Assembly (NCBI GenBank): GCA_028534125.1 | Contig: CM052816.1 | Span: forward strand, 89,964,001-90,028,000 | Source: Lama glama | Taxonomy: Eukaryota | Reading direction: 5' to 3' | DNA length: 64,000 nt | Part shown: positions 38,949 to 51,757 of the stretch, piece after piece | Numbering within the stretch: the first letter of the stretch is position 1 | Layout: every line of letters begins with the position of its first letter | Translations under genes and position numbers: made by a program | The notes under the pieces: model-generated | Told to the model about the DNA's origin: nothing | The model's database searches: none | The model's input: the letters and a program-made list of their open reading frames with translations, nothing else

Positions 38949-40039
38949 TCCATGAAGTGATGCAACATGTAATACATAACATCACATATAGTGTGTTCTA
39001 GTCAAATGTGTTCAACCTGACCCTGTGAAAGCTCTAGAGTAATCTTCCTGTTTAAATGATATGTAGGGAGGAGGATAAAGGTCCAATGATTACATAAGGA
39101 AGAGACCAGGCAAAAAAGCTGACAACTGCACATTCTCTTCCACAGTCAGTGAAAGTTTAAAGAGAATAAGCAGGAATGAAAGACAGAAAGGAAAGAAGAA
39201 CAGATAAAATAAGATATGATTTGTACCCTAATTCACAGAAAAGACATGTTTTTGATATGTGGGAACACTTGAATAATAATTGTAAATTACCTAAATGGAA
39301 AAGACATTGCTGGGGAAAACTAAATATTATTCATTCATAAAATCAAGTTACTCCATTGTACATACAGAAGGATCTCATTTGATTAAAAATTATATTACAT
39401 CATAGAGTTAAATGATGTATTTACACAGTGAGCTCTAGGAAGATAAAGTGTTAGTTGGAAATTCAGAATGAAGAAAATATTATATTATTTCTTTATAATA
39501 AAAACTGTATTTTCAAATTACATACCATGTTTATATTGCTTTTAAAGTAATAAAGAGTTGTTCTGAAATATTTGCTTAAATATATACATATAGCCTCATC
39601 CGTAGAATTCTGACAGTAGTTATGATTTAAATTGCTTTTTTGGAAAGGATTTTAAATTATAACTCTGACATTTTCTTCAGAAAGTGTCAGAGTTACCTTT
39701 GGAATTATCTAGTCCTAGTGGTTCTCAAACCTATTCCAAACAAGTCTCCATTTATTGGCTTGATAGCTATAATACCTTGTTTAATACAAAAACTGCCATT
39801 ACAAGCAACAGTGAAAATCATGTACTTTCAAAACTTATTTAGACTTAATGTACTTCTAAAAAGTGTTGTCTGTTTGCTTGGCTGATTAACTCACTCAGAA
39901 GTTTCAGATCTTTAGTGCAATGTTCAGTGCAAATCTTCCTGGAAGAAACATTTTTATAATTGCTATATTTAGAAAAATTACATAAAACTTATATTTCTAT
40001 ACTTTGTAGTAAAAACAAAATATTCATTAAGAATAAATA

Positions 40040-41140
40040 AAACCACACAAAGACCCCAACTAGCCAAAATAATCTTGAGAAAGAAGAACAGATCTGGAGG
40101 AATCATGCTCCTTGACTTCAGACTATACTACAAAGCTGCAGTAATCAAAACAGTATGGCACTTGCACAAAAACAGACACATCAATCAATGAAACAGGATA
40201 GAAAGCCCAGAAATAGACCTATCCTTTTATGGTTAATTAATTTATGACAAAAAAGGCAAGTATAGATGATGGAGAATAGACAGTCTCTTCTAAGTGGTGC
40301 TAGGAAAATTGGATAGCTACATGTAAAAGACTGAAATTAGAACATTTGCTAACAACTTATACAAAAATAAACTCAAAATGGATTAAAGACCTAAATGTAA
40401 GGTTGGGTACTCTAAAACTCCTAGAATAAAACATAAGCAAACACTCTTTGACATAAATCACAGTAATATTTTTTTGGATCCATCTCCTAGAGTAATTGGA
40501 AATAAAAGCAAAAATAAGCAAATGGGACCTGATTAAATGTAAAAGCTTTTGCATCTCAAAATTAACTACAAACAAAGCAAGAAGACAATCTATTGAATGA
40601 AAGAAAATATTTGCCAATGATGTGACTGACAAGGGATTAATTTCCAAAATATACAAACGGCTCATACAGCTTAATATGAAAAAAACAAAAATGCAATGCA
40701 AAAATGAGCAGAAGGCCTAAACAGACGTTTCCCCAAAGAAAACACACAGATGGCCAAAAGGCACAGGAAACAATGCTCAGTATTGATAATTATTAGAGAA
40801 ATGCAAATCAAAACTGCAACGAGGTATCACCTCACACCAGTCAGAATGGCTATCATTAAAAAGTCCACAAATCACAAATGCTGGCAAGGGTGTGGAGAAA
40901 AATGAACCCTCCTACACTGTTGGCAGGAATGTAAATTGGTGCAGCCACGATGTAGAATAGTATGGAGATTCCTTTAAAAAAAACCTAAAAATAGACTTAC
41001 CATGTGATCCAGCAATCCCATTCCTGGGCATATATCAGAAGAAAACTCTAAACCTGTCCATAGCAGCACTATTTACAATAGTCAAGACAAGGAAGCAACC
41101 TAAGTGTCCACTGAAGAATGAGTGGATAAAGAAGATGTAT
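40040..41140 (+). mobile_element. L1 ORF2 3' part (artiodactyl/camelid L1), lacking a 3' UTR
   Basis: Translates ...[36 protein letters not shown]... and IIREMQIKTATRYHLTPVRMAIIKK. Contains frameshifts and stops. Confidence 0.95.
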
Positions 41141-44100
41141 GTAACAAGATTTAGAAGAAAAGAAAATACTGATTATGGGAAAGAAAACTAAACGGAAACT
41201 AACACAAGTAAATAGAGACTAAATAGATTTGGGGGAAAACAAAGAATAGAGGAGATAGCCCCAGAAAATCCAACAATGGGGGCGAGACTGAAGCAAACTG
41301 AAGCAATGATGGAAAACAACAAATACTGACATCTACAATTAAAATAAGCGTCTTTAATTAAAAAATATTCAAATCTATACATTTATAATGAATATTATGT
41401 ACTCAGGTAAATCATGCCATAATTATAAAAATTTAGAAATGTTTTTACAAAACTACTAAACTTTAAAAAAATATATCACTTGACATCTAGACAACAAAGC
41501 CAAAATTACTTACAAGGGAGTTAAAATTACATTGGTAATGAGATATTTCAAGCTGTCTGCCAATATAGAAGGGGAAATGTGAAGAGCAGTTGTGTGAACC
41601 ATGAAACACCTCCTACACACATGTGCTTAAAGAAAACACTCTTAGGAACTATGCTTGATAGAGACATTCACAACTTTTTAATACATTTTTCTGTAAGATT
41701 AATGCTATAATTTTAACCTAGTTCCAACTAAATAATACACTGATTTTTTCATAGATCAGGATTATTCTAATGTTATATCTGAAGCATTCAATGTCTCTCC
41801 TAGCTATGAGATTCTGACAAAGTGCAAAATTTCTGGTCCCAGATTATCCATCTCAAAAATACTCATAACATGTCATTATGGCATTGAGAATCATAATTCT
41901 CAGAACTTCAGTGCTCTGGAAGTCACTCTAAAAAGAATAGTGCTTAATTATGAGGTCTCATGATATTAATTTACATGTGGTTGATATGAAACTATTTTTC
42001 CCCTAAGAGATCCCTAGAGGGTAAAAGAAGAATCTAGGGTAATAACTTTAATCCTGCTGGAAGATGTTTCTAATCTGATTAATATACTAAGGCCCTTGAT
42101 TCTGCATGAGGCAATTAGAATGGCTTATGTCCCCCCAAAGCGGCTACTGGCATCTCCTCCCCTACTCACATCCCCATCAACTTCCAACAGTCACTATATC
42201 TAGACTTTTTCCTTTAAAAGAAAAAGGTAAAAAACAAGAGGTTACATTTAAAAAAAATTCAAATAGCCAATCTACAAAGGAAATCGTTTTATCAAGGAAA
42301 ATCTATAAACAAGATGAAGTATTGAATTTTTATTCTGAAAAACAAAATCAGTCCTAGGATGATGGGTAGTCAATAAAACAAAATATTTCAAAATTTGCCA
42401 CTAAGTGTTATTTTTTAAAGGTCAGAGAGAAATTAGTCTTCATTAAATTGGTTTTAGTGAATACTATAATAATGAGTAATATAAAACGAGTAGAATGTGA
42501 ATATGGAATTTCTCCGTAATTAATATGGAGAAATAGACTTTTCAATAGTAATTTCTATATCAAAAAACAGGATATGCTTGTTTCCATTCAATAAAACAAA
42601 AACATAGGGAAAGCTTTTATGGATGTCCATAGGGAGAATGATATAAGAGGATTCAATTTAGGAAAATCCAACAGAAAGTGAAAGAATGTGTGTGAAAATG
42701 ATTTGTGATCTTAAGAGAAAATGCAATGTATAGCCAAGATGGAGATTTGAAGTAACATAAAGATGCTGTGATTTGTTCAAATAATGCTTGTACAACTAAA
42801 CTATAAATTTCACTAAAAGTACCTAAATCTTCTTCAGCAAACCAAATATTTAAAAAAAAATTCTTCAGTCTGATAGCAACATAAACTTTAGATTTCTCGC
42901 TAAGCAGGATTTAGGTGAGGTATATAAGAATATATTGATTTGTGAAAGTAGTTCAGGATCAGAATTTAAAATAACCTGTATTTTTTAAATAGAAGCATAG
43001 CTGCTTTTCTGTCCATCTGAAAACAACATAAAAGAAAGCACAAGAACTATTAAAATAATGCGAAAATAACATGAAAATATTTACCAGCCAAACTCTACTA
43101 CTATCATTCTGACTAGATGAACTAAACATAGAATCTTTTTACCTATATCTGTACCTGTATCTGTATTTATATAGTGTGACTATTATAACTCACACTTCAT
43201 GTCAAACTCACTCTTACTTTTATGTAGAATGAAGGAACATTGTAAGTACTCACTCCTTATCCACCACGAGTGAAGCACAATTTATCAAAAAGCATCAAGT
43301 TTTCAAAATCATAGAAGATCAACTTAAAGCTGAATGAAAGCAGAGCACTACAGAAATAATGTTTTAGGGAGAAATAAATACCTTTAGTGCAGCACATTTC
43401 ATGCAGTAAAGTGCAGTATTTGAATCAAGAAAAAAACTGAGTGAAAACTTGCCAGCTTGATTTAGATCTCTACCATGGAATTGCTCAAGTAACAAATAAA
43501 TTTAGAGTTCTGTCTAAGCACCTCTGAGACACTGTCCTTTCAAAGCATGCCTTCAACTGCATATACCACTTTAATTCTATGATTTCTGTGACAATTAAAG
43601 AGTTTCTTTTATTTCTACATTTCTGTGACAAAGAGTTTTTCAATCTATGCTTGAAACAAAGAAACCAGACAAGAGGAAAAATTAGTGTAGTTATTTTCAT
43701 TAATAAATGTGTAGCATTTAGCCACATTTTGCCACTTGTTAAACATTGAATATTTAAAGGAGAAAAACATAAACGGGAGCTATATTTTCAGAGAATCCAT
43801 GTGAAAGAGATAGAGGAAGCAAAAGATGCTGAGCTGGGAAGTTACTTATTTTATAGAATTGAGAAAAAATCAAAAGAAAAGATAAGTATATATAATACAC
43901 TTATTATATTGACATTGATAAAGGTGAAATTGTTCAATGGCTCCATACCAAAAACAAAAAGCAAGGAAAGAAACTGCTCTTGGCTTTACCTTCATTGAGA
44001 GACAGTCATAAAAATAAAGAAAAGTTCATGGACTCTAAATTGTACTGTGATACATTAGCTCAGTTAAAAAACCAAAAATTTTTGTGAAAAATATGCAAAT

Positions 44101-44969
44101 GGCATCACCTGTATGTATGCCAGCATCTCTACCGTTCTATATCATAAAGCATTGTATTTTTTTTTCTTTAGTACTGTAAGCACATTATCTTATTACACAT
44201 GACACTACTGGTTAAAACTTTAAAACTTTTGTTAGAAAATAACATGAAATAATGCATTCCAAAACAGTGATATATAGTAAAGCAGGTTGAGAAACACCAC
44301 ATGCCATAGTCCTTAGCAGTACCGTATGTTTTATCTGCCTTTGGTAACCTTTGTTTTCATTAAATCAGACTGACAGTTGCAAGTAACCAAAATCCATAGC
44401 ATACACTGTGATTCTTTTGTGTTTTGGTTAGAAATTGCTCTCACACTTAACAGTATTGACAGAGCCACTGCTCTGAAAGCTTGCAATTCAGGAACAGAAC
44501 CAAGAAAGTGTGACTGAATGTGGATGACCACTCTACTCAAAGCCAGAGTCATGACAGCTCCTTTGAAGATATTTGGAATTTGAAAACTTTGATCATTGAG
44601 GAGCATCAAAGCCCTGTGTTCCAGGAAGAGTGACTGCAGTGCATGTGATATGAGACCAGTGCCTCTGCACACATGGCAAATTGATTCATGCTTTAATGGA
44701 ACTTCTGGCTTGAGAACATGTCATGTGAAAGACATTATTTTTGTGTATACATCAGAATTTTAGAGAGGCAAGTGTGAAGTCAAATCATTAATTAATTCAT
44801 CATTCACTAACTTATTTGGAAAAAAAATCATGCAACATCCTAAGGAAAGGAAATAGCAAAAAGAATGCTATAGACTATCATCCTTAATGATATTCTTTGA
44901 AATTTCACTGGTTTTAAGGGAAATTAATCTCCAAGCAAGTTTTGGTTCTCTTTACACCAATAGCGGATT

Positions 44970-45385
44970 CTATGATGTGTTGCCCAGAGACCCCTTCAGA
45001 AATGTGGTCTTATTCCCCCAGTTGTTGGAGGCTCTTTCAGCAGACAACCCGGACTTATTTCCCCTCTTGTAACTGTCTCGCTCTCCATCTGTGTCTAGTG
45101 ACTGACGAGTCGTGTGTATATTAGTCCCAAGGTATCAATCTAATTTCACAGGTGACTCATTTCTGGACCCTCTCTCCATCAGAGGCCATTGCTGATGACC
45201 ATTTAAGCTTCTCAGTGCCTGTGATCAGCTGGGGTTTATCCACACTGCATGGCAGCCTGAGTTCTCCCAGGGCCTTCTCCTGTTGTTTTGCTTTTCTGTC
45301 CATTGGTGTTCATTCCCAGAATGAACCCACTAATATCTACCTCAGACAGCTGCTTTCCAGAGAACCCTGCTTGTGGTGAACCCGA
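44970..45385 (+). mobile_element. ERVL-type LTR (LTR16-like), degraded
   Basis: Pyrimidine-rich 3' part ending CTCAGACAGCTGCTTTCCAGAGAACCC, typical of LTR16/LTR33 ends. Recalled from memory. Confidence 0.4.
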
Positions 45386-45711
45386 CTCATCTATGTCAGT
45401 AGCTGCTCCCCTCGACTAACACTCCAGTGTATTTCACCATCATCACCTATTTTACTTCCTTTGATTCATGTTTGGATGAAAAGTAGAACAGCAATTGTCC
45501 TGGTAGCTAACACAAATGAGTGTTATGGCCCTTCCCTTTATTATTCATACCCAAACTCCAAAGCTGCAAAGCTATGTGCACCATGAGAAAGAATGTAGGC
45601 CCTAAATTCAAACTCCATGGTTTACAGTCCTCAGGGAAACTGTACATGGACTGATGGGAGTACTAAATGTGAAGAGAGGTGTTAAATACCTAGGACACAG
45701 TAAGTGCCAAG

Positions 45712-45822
45712 TAGGGTGACCAGTTGTCCCAGTTTCCTTGTGACTATCCCATTTTTGGCATTGAAAGACCCATAGCTAGGAAACTTTTCAATCACAGGTA
45801 ACTGAGACCTTAGATCATTTTG
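45712..45822. mobile_element. MER81-like hAT-Blackjack MITE
   Basis: TAGGGTGACCAGTTGTCCCAGTTTCCTTGTGACTATCCCATTTTTGGCATTGAAAG matches the MER81 left end. The right TIR is decayed. Confidence 0.7.
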
Positions 45823-46904
45823 TTGCCCAAGACACATTAGCCATTACTATTAAGGGTATGAAACCCAGAGTAGTGACTGGAAATTTTGTTGCCTACAGCA
45901 ACTTCCTCTCAAGGTTGTTTAAAACATATTTTAAAAGCTCATGTGATGTTTCACACAAGAGTATTTAAAAAAAAAAATGAGTCTTCTTGCAGCTTCCTGT
46001 TTTCACTTGCTATTCATCCACTGGAAGCCCAGCTAAAAATTCCAGTTTTCAAATTGTGAAAATTTTATATGCACAGCTCCCCAGCTTTTGAGGCTCATCT
46101 CAACCACAGTCATCAGCCCATTGGGCACATTTTGTCACTACAGCTTTCTGCCCAAGGAGGATGTGTTTCTCCCCCTCAGAAAGACAAGGGGGAAATAGAA
46201 AAACCCTCATCCAAGGAGCAATGCATCCTCACATGATGTTTGAGATATTTACAATATTGAATGCAAATGAAAAGCCATTTCCTGCAGAGAAAATAAATCT
46301 TAAAGCTTGAATACTTGAAATGGTTTTATTTTACATAAAAATCTAGTCTATAATTACTCTTAGGGATTTATGCTTTTGGCAACTTGCCACCTATATTTCT
46401 CTCCCTACCAATTTCTTTTGGTTTCTTGGCAATATTTACAATAATTGTTTCCCTCTCTCTCTCTCTTGAAATCTTATAGTAATTCTATAGTATTTGTGTC
46501 ACCCTGTTGCATTACAGCTGTTGTTACTGTTTTGTTATAAGTTATAACATAACCTTTGTCTTTGGATAGGTAAGGTAAAATTAACTCCTAGCTGGTTGAC
46601 AAGACCACCATTCATGATGACATTTTTAGTTCTCTAAACAACAACAGATGGTAGCAAGGAATGGATATTCCCAGGATAGGCACCCTAAGTGTCACAGGCT
46701 GACTTTTCTATTTTCAATTTTACCAGCTGTACAGAATTTGATAATCACACTCACATGCCATGATATGTAATAAAATCAGTGTTAAATTAAAATTTTGCTA
46801 ATGACATAAGCTATCTAGAATGAATTTGTAAACAACACATAGTCAATATTTTGCAGAGTGGCTTTAAATACTCTGTCTTAAAAAAACAAATGAAGTTCAC
46901 AGAA

Positions 46905-47061
46905 GGCTGGTGCATGAGAACCCTGCCTCACCAGCCCCATTCCAGCCCCGTCCCAACCTTCCTGTCTCAATTAAAAGGAAAATAAAGAACTTAATTACAG
47001 AGGAGAAGGCTTCAGGGACATAGATGGAGGAAACTGAAATGTACCTGCAGCAGCTGGGTAA
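46905..47061 (+). repeat. 157-bp direct repeat, copy 1
   Basis: Identical to 47628-47784 except C47010 vs T47733. Confidence 0.97.
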
Positions 47062-47096
47062 TGGGGATGGGAGAATGGTCAGAAGAATGGATATAA

Positions 47097-49890
47097 GATT
47101 TCCGGTTTCAGCTCCAACCTTCAGAGCTTAGAATTTAGCCTCCCTGTTTTTACAACAACAACAACAACAAAAACTTGGATAAACAGAAAAGCAATGGTTT
47201 TCTCACATGTGTCAGAGAACAGAAGTTGCAGAGCAAACTGCCACCCTGAAATCTGGAGAGAAGTTACTTCCAGAGTAACCAGAGGCCCTAACATTTACTT
47301 CCCCAGAGCAGAAACAGCAGGTTCTTCCAAATCAGTCATAAGATTAAAGTAGAAATATTTACGAACTGCGGAGGCCAAGTGTCGGCTGACAAGAGAACGA
47401 GAACCTCCCAGGGCCACAGTCATAGTTCTCTTTTCTTAGATGTTTTTACTCCAGTTTCTCTCTCAGGTCCTCATTATGAAAGTCAAGGTTCCACCTCTGT
47501 GACTCCAGCAGAGGGACAGAAGCAGTAGTCATTGTGAAGTTCACCCGGACCTTTCTTCCTCATGGAAAAAAGATTTATTTTAACCTCAGGAAGGTCATCA
47601 TCAGAGGCCAATAGGAAGATCCGTTCTGGCTGGTGCATGAGAACCCTGCCTCACCAGCCCCATTCCAGCCCCGTCCCAACCTTCCTGTCTCAATTAAAAG
47701 GAAAATAAAGAACTTAATTACAGAGGAGAAGGTTTCAGGGACATAGATGGAGGAAACTGAAATGTACCTGCAGCAGCTGGGTAAGGGATTAAGTGATACA
47801 GGAAAAGCTCTACTCCTGGAGCAGGGACAGAAATGCTCCTGAAGGTCACGACTCAAGACACAGGCCCGCTGTGCACTCCAAAAACTGAGTATCAATCGGA
47901 ACATTAGAGAATGCCTTCCCTTCTCCACGCTCTATGGCCATGCTAATAAGGCTGCATAGCCACAGTGAATCACGACCAGGAAACGGGGTGGTGGGGGGGA
48001 GGGCTAAAGAGAAGAACAAGGGAGGCCCTCAGTTAAGAGGAGAGACCAAACAAGTTCAGTACAGAGATCTGGTGCCACTGGAGCCCACAGCTACACCAAA
48101 CACCTACGACAGAGCAACCCATGGAGAGACCAACAGACATTCTCACATTAAAGGCCTGCCACCTTAGTACTTACCGCCCATGGAACACAGCTGGCTCTCA
48201 ACTACCACAACCACAAAATTACAAGATTTCAGAGGAGCATTTGGTAAGATTTAACTTTCATTCATGATAAAACACTAAAAATCTAGAACTAGAAGGTAAC
48301 TTCCTTAACCTAAGAAAGGATATATATGAAAAACCTACCCCTTATATTATATTTAATGGTAAGAAGTTGAATATTTTACCCCTAGCATAAGAAACAAAGC
48401 AAATACCTTCCTTTCCCCCATCCCTATTAACAAAATAGTGAAAGTTCTAGTTAATATAACAAGGCAAAAAAAACCAAAACAAAAACAAATAAAAGGCATG
48501 AAGATTCAAAAAGGGTGCAATAAAACTGGTTTTATTTACAGATTACATAATTATTCATAGAGAAAAAAAATTCCTTGAATAAAAATGCAAGTTTAGTAAG
48601 ATCAGCTACAAAAACCAATATAAAAAATTAAGCTGTTTTTCTACATACTAGCAATAAATAAAAGAAATTCAGAAATCATTAAAATGTCATTTACAATAGC
48701 ACCAAGAAAGAAAAAGACTTAGATATCAGCCTAACCAAATATGAGCATGCCCTGTACGCAGAAAATTACAAAAGCCTGAAAAATAAAGCAAATGAAACAG
48801 CAATAAATGGAGAGATAATTCAGGTTCATTGATTTAAAGATTCAATATTTTTTAAATATTGATAAACTTCTGTCCAGGCTAACAAACAAATCTGTCTATG
48901 TATTTGACACAAAAGCAATAAATTCATAGCAATCTTCTGCAGATATGAAGTTATTCTTAAAACCATATAGAAAGTCAAAGGAAGTATAACACTCAGCACA
49001 ACAACAAAAAGATGGAAGGCTCACATTACCTGATTTCAAGACTTCCTAGAAAATTGCAGTAATCTAGAATACCAGTAAAACATGGAGACAAATGGGACAG
49101 GGACATAGAAATACATTGACACAAGTACAGTTGACTGATTTTTGACAAAGATTCGATGGAAATTCAATGGAGAAAGGATAGTCTTCTTAACAAATGGTAC
49201 CAAAATGATTGGACAGTGTATATTTTTAAAAATGAATTCCAACACATAGCTCACACATTCCACAAAATTAACTTCAGATGGATAATAGAAATAAATTAAA
49301 ATGCAATACTATAAAACTTCTAGAAGAAAATAAATGAGAAGATCTGTGTGATTTTGAGTCTCATGATGAGATTATAGACACAACACTAGAAGCATTCTCC
49401 ATTAAAAAAAGATAAATTGGACTTCATTGTATGTAAACTTTTTGCTCTGTGAAAGATGCTATGAAGAGAATGGAAAGACAAGTCACAGACTGGAACTAAA
49501 TGTGTGCCAATTACATGTCTGACATGGGAGTTGTATTCAGAATATGTAAAGATGTCTTAAAATTCAATAAGGAAGCAAATAACCCAAATATTAAATGGAA
49601 AAAGAACTTCAGAGACATTTTAACAAAGAAAATATACAGGTGGGAAATCAGCATATAAAAATGCTCAACATAATTTATCATTAGGAAAATGCAAATTATG
49701 AGATGTGACCCTAGTACTAACGCAGTTAATCTCTGTGAACAAAATAAAAATAATGTTTGCTTAACTGGAGGGAGCTCTAGACAGGTTCATGAGGGAACTT
49801 TCTCAGGAAATGGAAATAGTCAAGGTCTTGTGTGCAGTGGTAGTTAAATGAGTATTCATTTTTCAATATACATATTCAGGCTGTACCCTT
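47097..49890 (+). mobile_element. L1MC/L1MD-like element: 5' UTR joined to the ORF2 3' half and a 3' end remnant
   Basis: The 5' end GATTTCCGGTTTCAGCTCCAAC...GCAAACTGCCACCCTGAAATCTGGAGAG is homologous to the 7485 terminus. Decayed ORF2 runs from ~48230 (CATTCATGATAAAAC..., TTACAGATTACATAATT cf. LFADDMI, GGAAGGCTCACATTACCTGATTTCAAGAC, ATTAGGAAAATGCAAATT). Confidence 0.85.
47628..47784 (+). repeat. 157-bp direct repeat, copy 2 (within the L1 5' UTR)
   Basis: 156/157 identity to 46905-47061. Confidence 0.97.
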
Positions 49891-51037
49891 AATTTCAGAT
49901 TCCTTTATCTCGAATCTTTTCTGGAATGTGATGCCTTAAGATATAAAAATTAAAAATACATGACACTTTTCTCTGTGGCATAATAGAATATAAAATTCAG
50001 TTTTCTAAAAATGATTTCGTCTGTTGGACTGATTTTTTTACAACTATTCTCTGATTAAAATCAACAAAAAAATTGTTGTTAGTGTTTGCTATAAAATGAT
50101 ACCAATGACATTGTCTACCATCACACTGAAAATGTCATCCAGTTTAGTGGCAAACGTGCCAGTAATGTGCCCTGTAAATGAACAAATATCTGATCTGTCG
50201 TATTCAACATTCATCCAACAAACACTTGATTGCATAGCTATTAAATAATGGAGATTAAGATAATCATAGGAGACAGCAGAGTAAGGACAGGTAACATTCT
50301 CTCGCTAGCCTGTGTCAGTATTAACACTATAAGTTAATCATTTATCGTAAGCTACTAAATGTTTCCCATTCTAACTTCTCACCTTTCAAGCTTCGGTGTT
50401 GACACTGATGAAATGTTTTCATAAAGTGCTTCACTACAGTTTCTTCAAAGACAAGTCAAAGGCTACATTCCTTTGATAAACCTCAAAGCTGATGCTTTGA
50501 ACTGGAGAGTCAGTGACTTGGAAATGAACTTTTATAGATGTGTGTGTATAAAAATACGTATCTATAATCTAACATCTTTTCTTATAGATTATTTTTGAAA
50601 TTGTATGTAACAAGATACCAGGGGACAGAACAAATAAAATTGTATTCTTCACCCCAGCCTAAAACCAAAATACTGATGTTGTTCCTATTGATATTTTAAT
50701 TTTAAAATTCCAATCAAAATAATGGCATAAAAACAAATAGATATGAGTGATCACAGGCTTGAGAAAAGTGGAATTTTATAAAATTATTATTAAGTAGAAT
50801 ATGTTACAGTTTAAAAATCAAAACTTGCAGTCAACAACAACCTCTCTATCAGATTATAAAATATGAGTATGTGTATTTAGTGAGTTTCTGTCATATAAAT
50901 CTTGAATTTTAGTCTGTAAAAAAAATTCTGTCCTTATCGAGATAAAATTTTTTTAAATTATTTACATAGAGTATGTTCATATCTGTAATCTTAAATCTTA
51001 CATGAACAGTTAGATGGAGATACTATTTTTCTATTGG

Positions 51038-51197
51038 TTGGGAGGTAATTAGGTTTTTTTTTTTAATTTGTTTTTGCAGGGGGAGGTAATTAGGTTTATT
51101 TATTTAGTTAGTTTTTTGATGGAGGTATTGGGGATTGAAACCAGGACCTCATGTATGCTAAGCATGCACTCTACCACTCAAGCTATTCCTTTCCCCT
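51038..51197 (-). mobile_element. Camelid tRNA-derived SINE (Vic-1-like) with 14-bp TSD
   Basis: The minus strand reads GGGGAAAGGAATAGCTTGAGTGGTAGAGTGCATGCTTAGCATACATGAGGTCCTGGTTTCAATCCCCAATACCTCCA, with Pol III A and B boxes. The TSD TATTTTTCTATTGG is at 51024-51037 and 51198-51211. Confidence 0.9.
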
Positions 51198-51344
51198 TAT
51201 TTTTCTATTGGATGTGGTATTATGACAATAGATCAAGGACATTTTGGTGAAATTTAACTTCTATAGCCATGGAAGAATTATCACTACCAAATGCAAATGA
51301 ACTAGCCACTCCCTAGAGTTCAAAAGTCTATCTCTGTCTTGTTT

Positions 51345-51757
51345 TGGAGATCGTCATTCTAAGTGAAGTAAGCCAAAAAGAGAAGGAAAAATACCATATG
51401 ATATCACTTATTGTGGAATCTTAAAAAAAAAAAAAGACACACAAATGAACTTACTTACAAAACAGAAACAGACTCACAGATACAGAAAATAAACTTATGG
51501 TTACCGGTGGAGAAAGGTCATGGGAAGGGATAAACTGGGAGTTCAAGATTTGCAGATTTTAACTACTATATATAAAATAGGTATACAACAAGTTTCTTCT
51601 GTATAGCATGGGGAACTATATTCAACATCTTGTAATAACCTATAATGAAAAAGCATATGAGAACAAATATATGTATGAATATGTATGACTGAAACATGCT
51701 GTACACCAGAAATTGACACAACATTGTAAACTGACTGTACTTCAATTAAAGAAAAAA
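51345..51757 (+). mobile_element. Camelid L1 3' end (ORF2 tail + 3' UTR + poly(A))
   Basis: TGGAGATCGTCATTCTAAGTGAAGTAAGCC (EIVILSEVSQ)...GGGATAAACTGGGAGTTCAAGATTTGCAGA...CTGACTGTACTTCAATTAAAGAAAAAA. Confidence 0.92.

Noticed and set aside
46905..47784. Possible miniature LTR retrotransposon (two 157-bp LTRs around 566 bp)
   Set aside because: There are no TG..CA ends, TSD or evident PBS. The interior and copy 2 are continuous old L1 5' UTR.
51120..51197. tRNA(Ala)-like sequence on the minus strand
   Set aside because: It is the head of a SINE, with a SINE tail and TSD, and the cloverleaf is degenerate.
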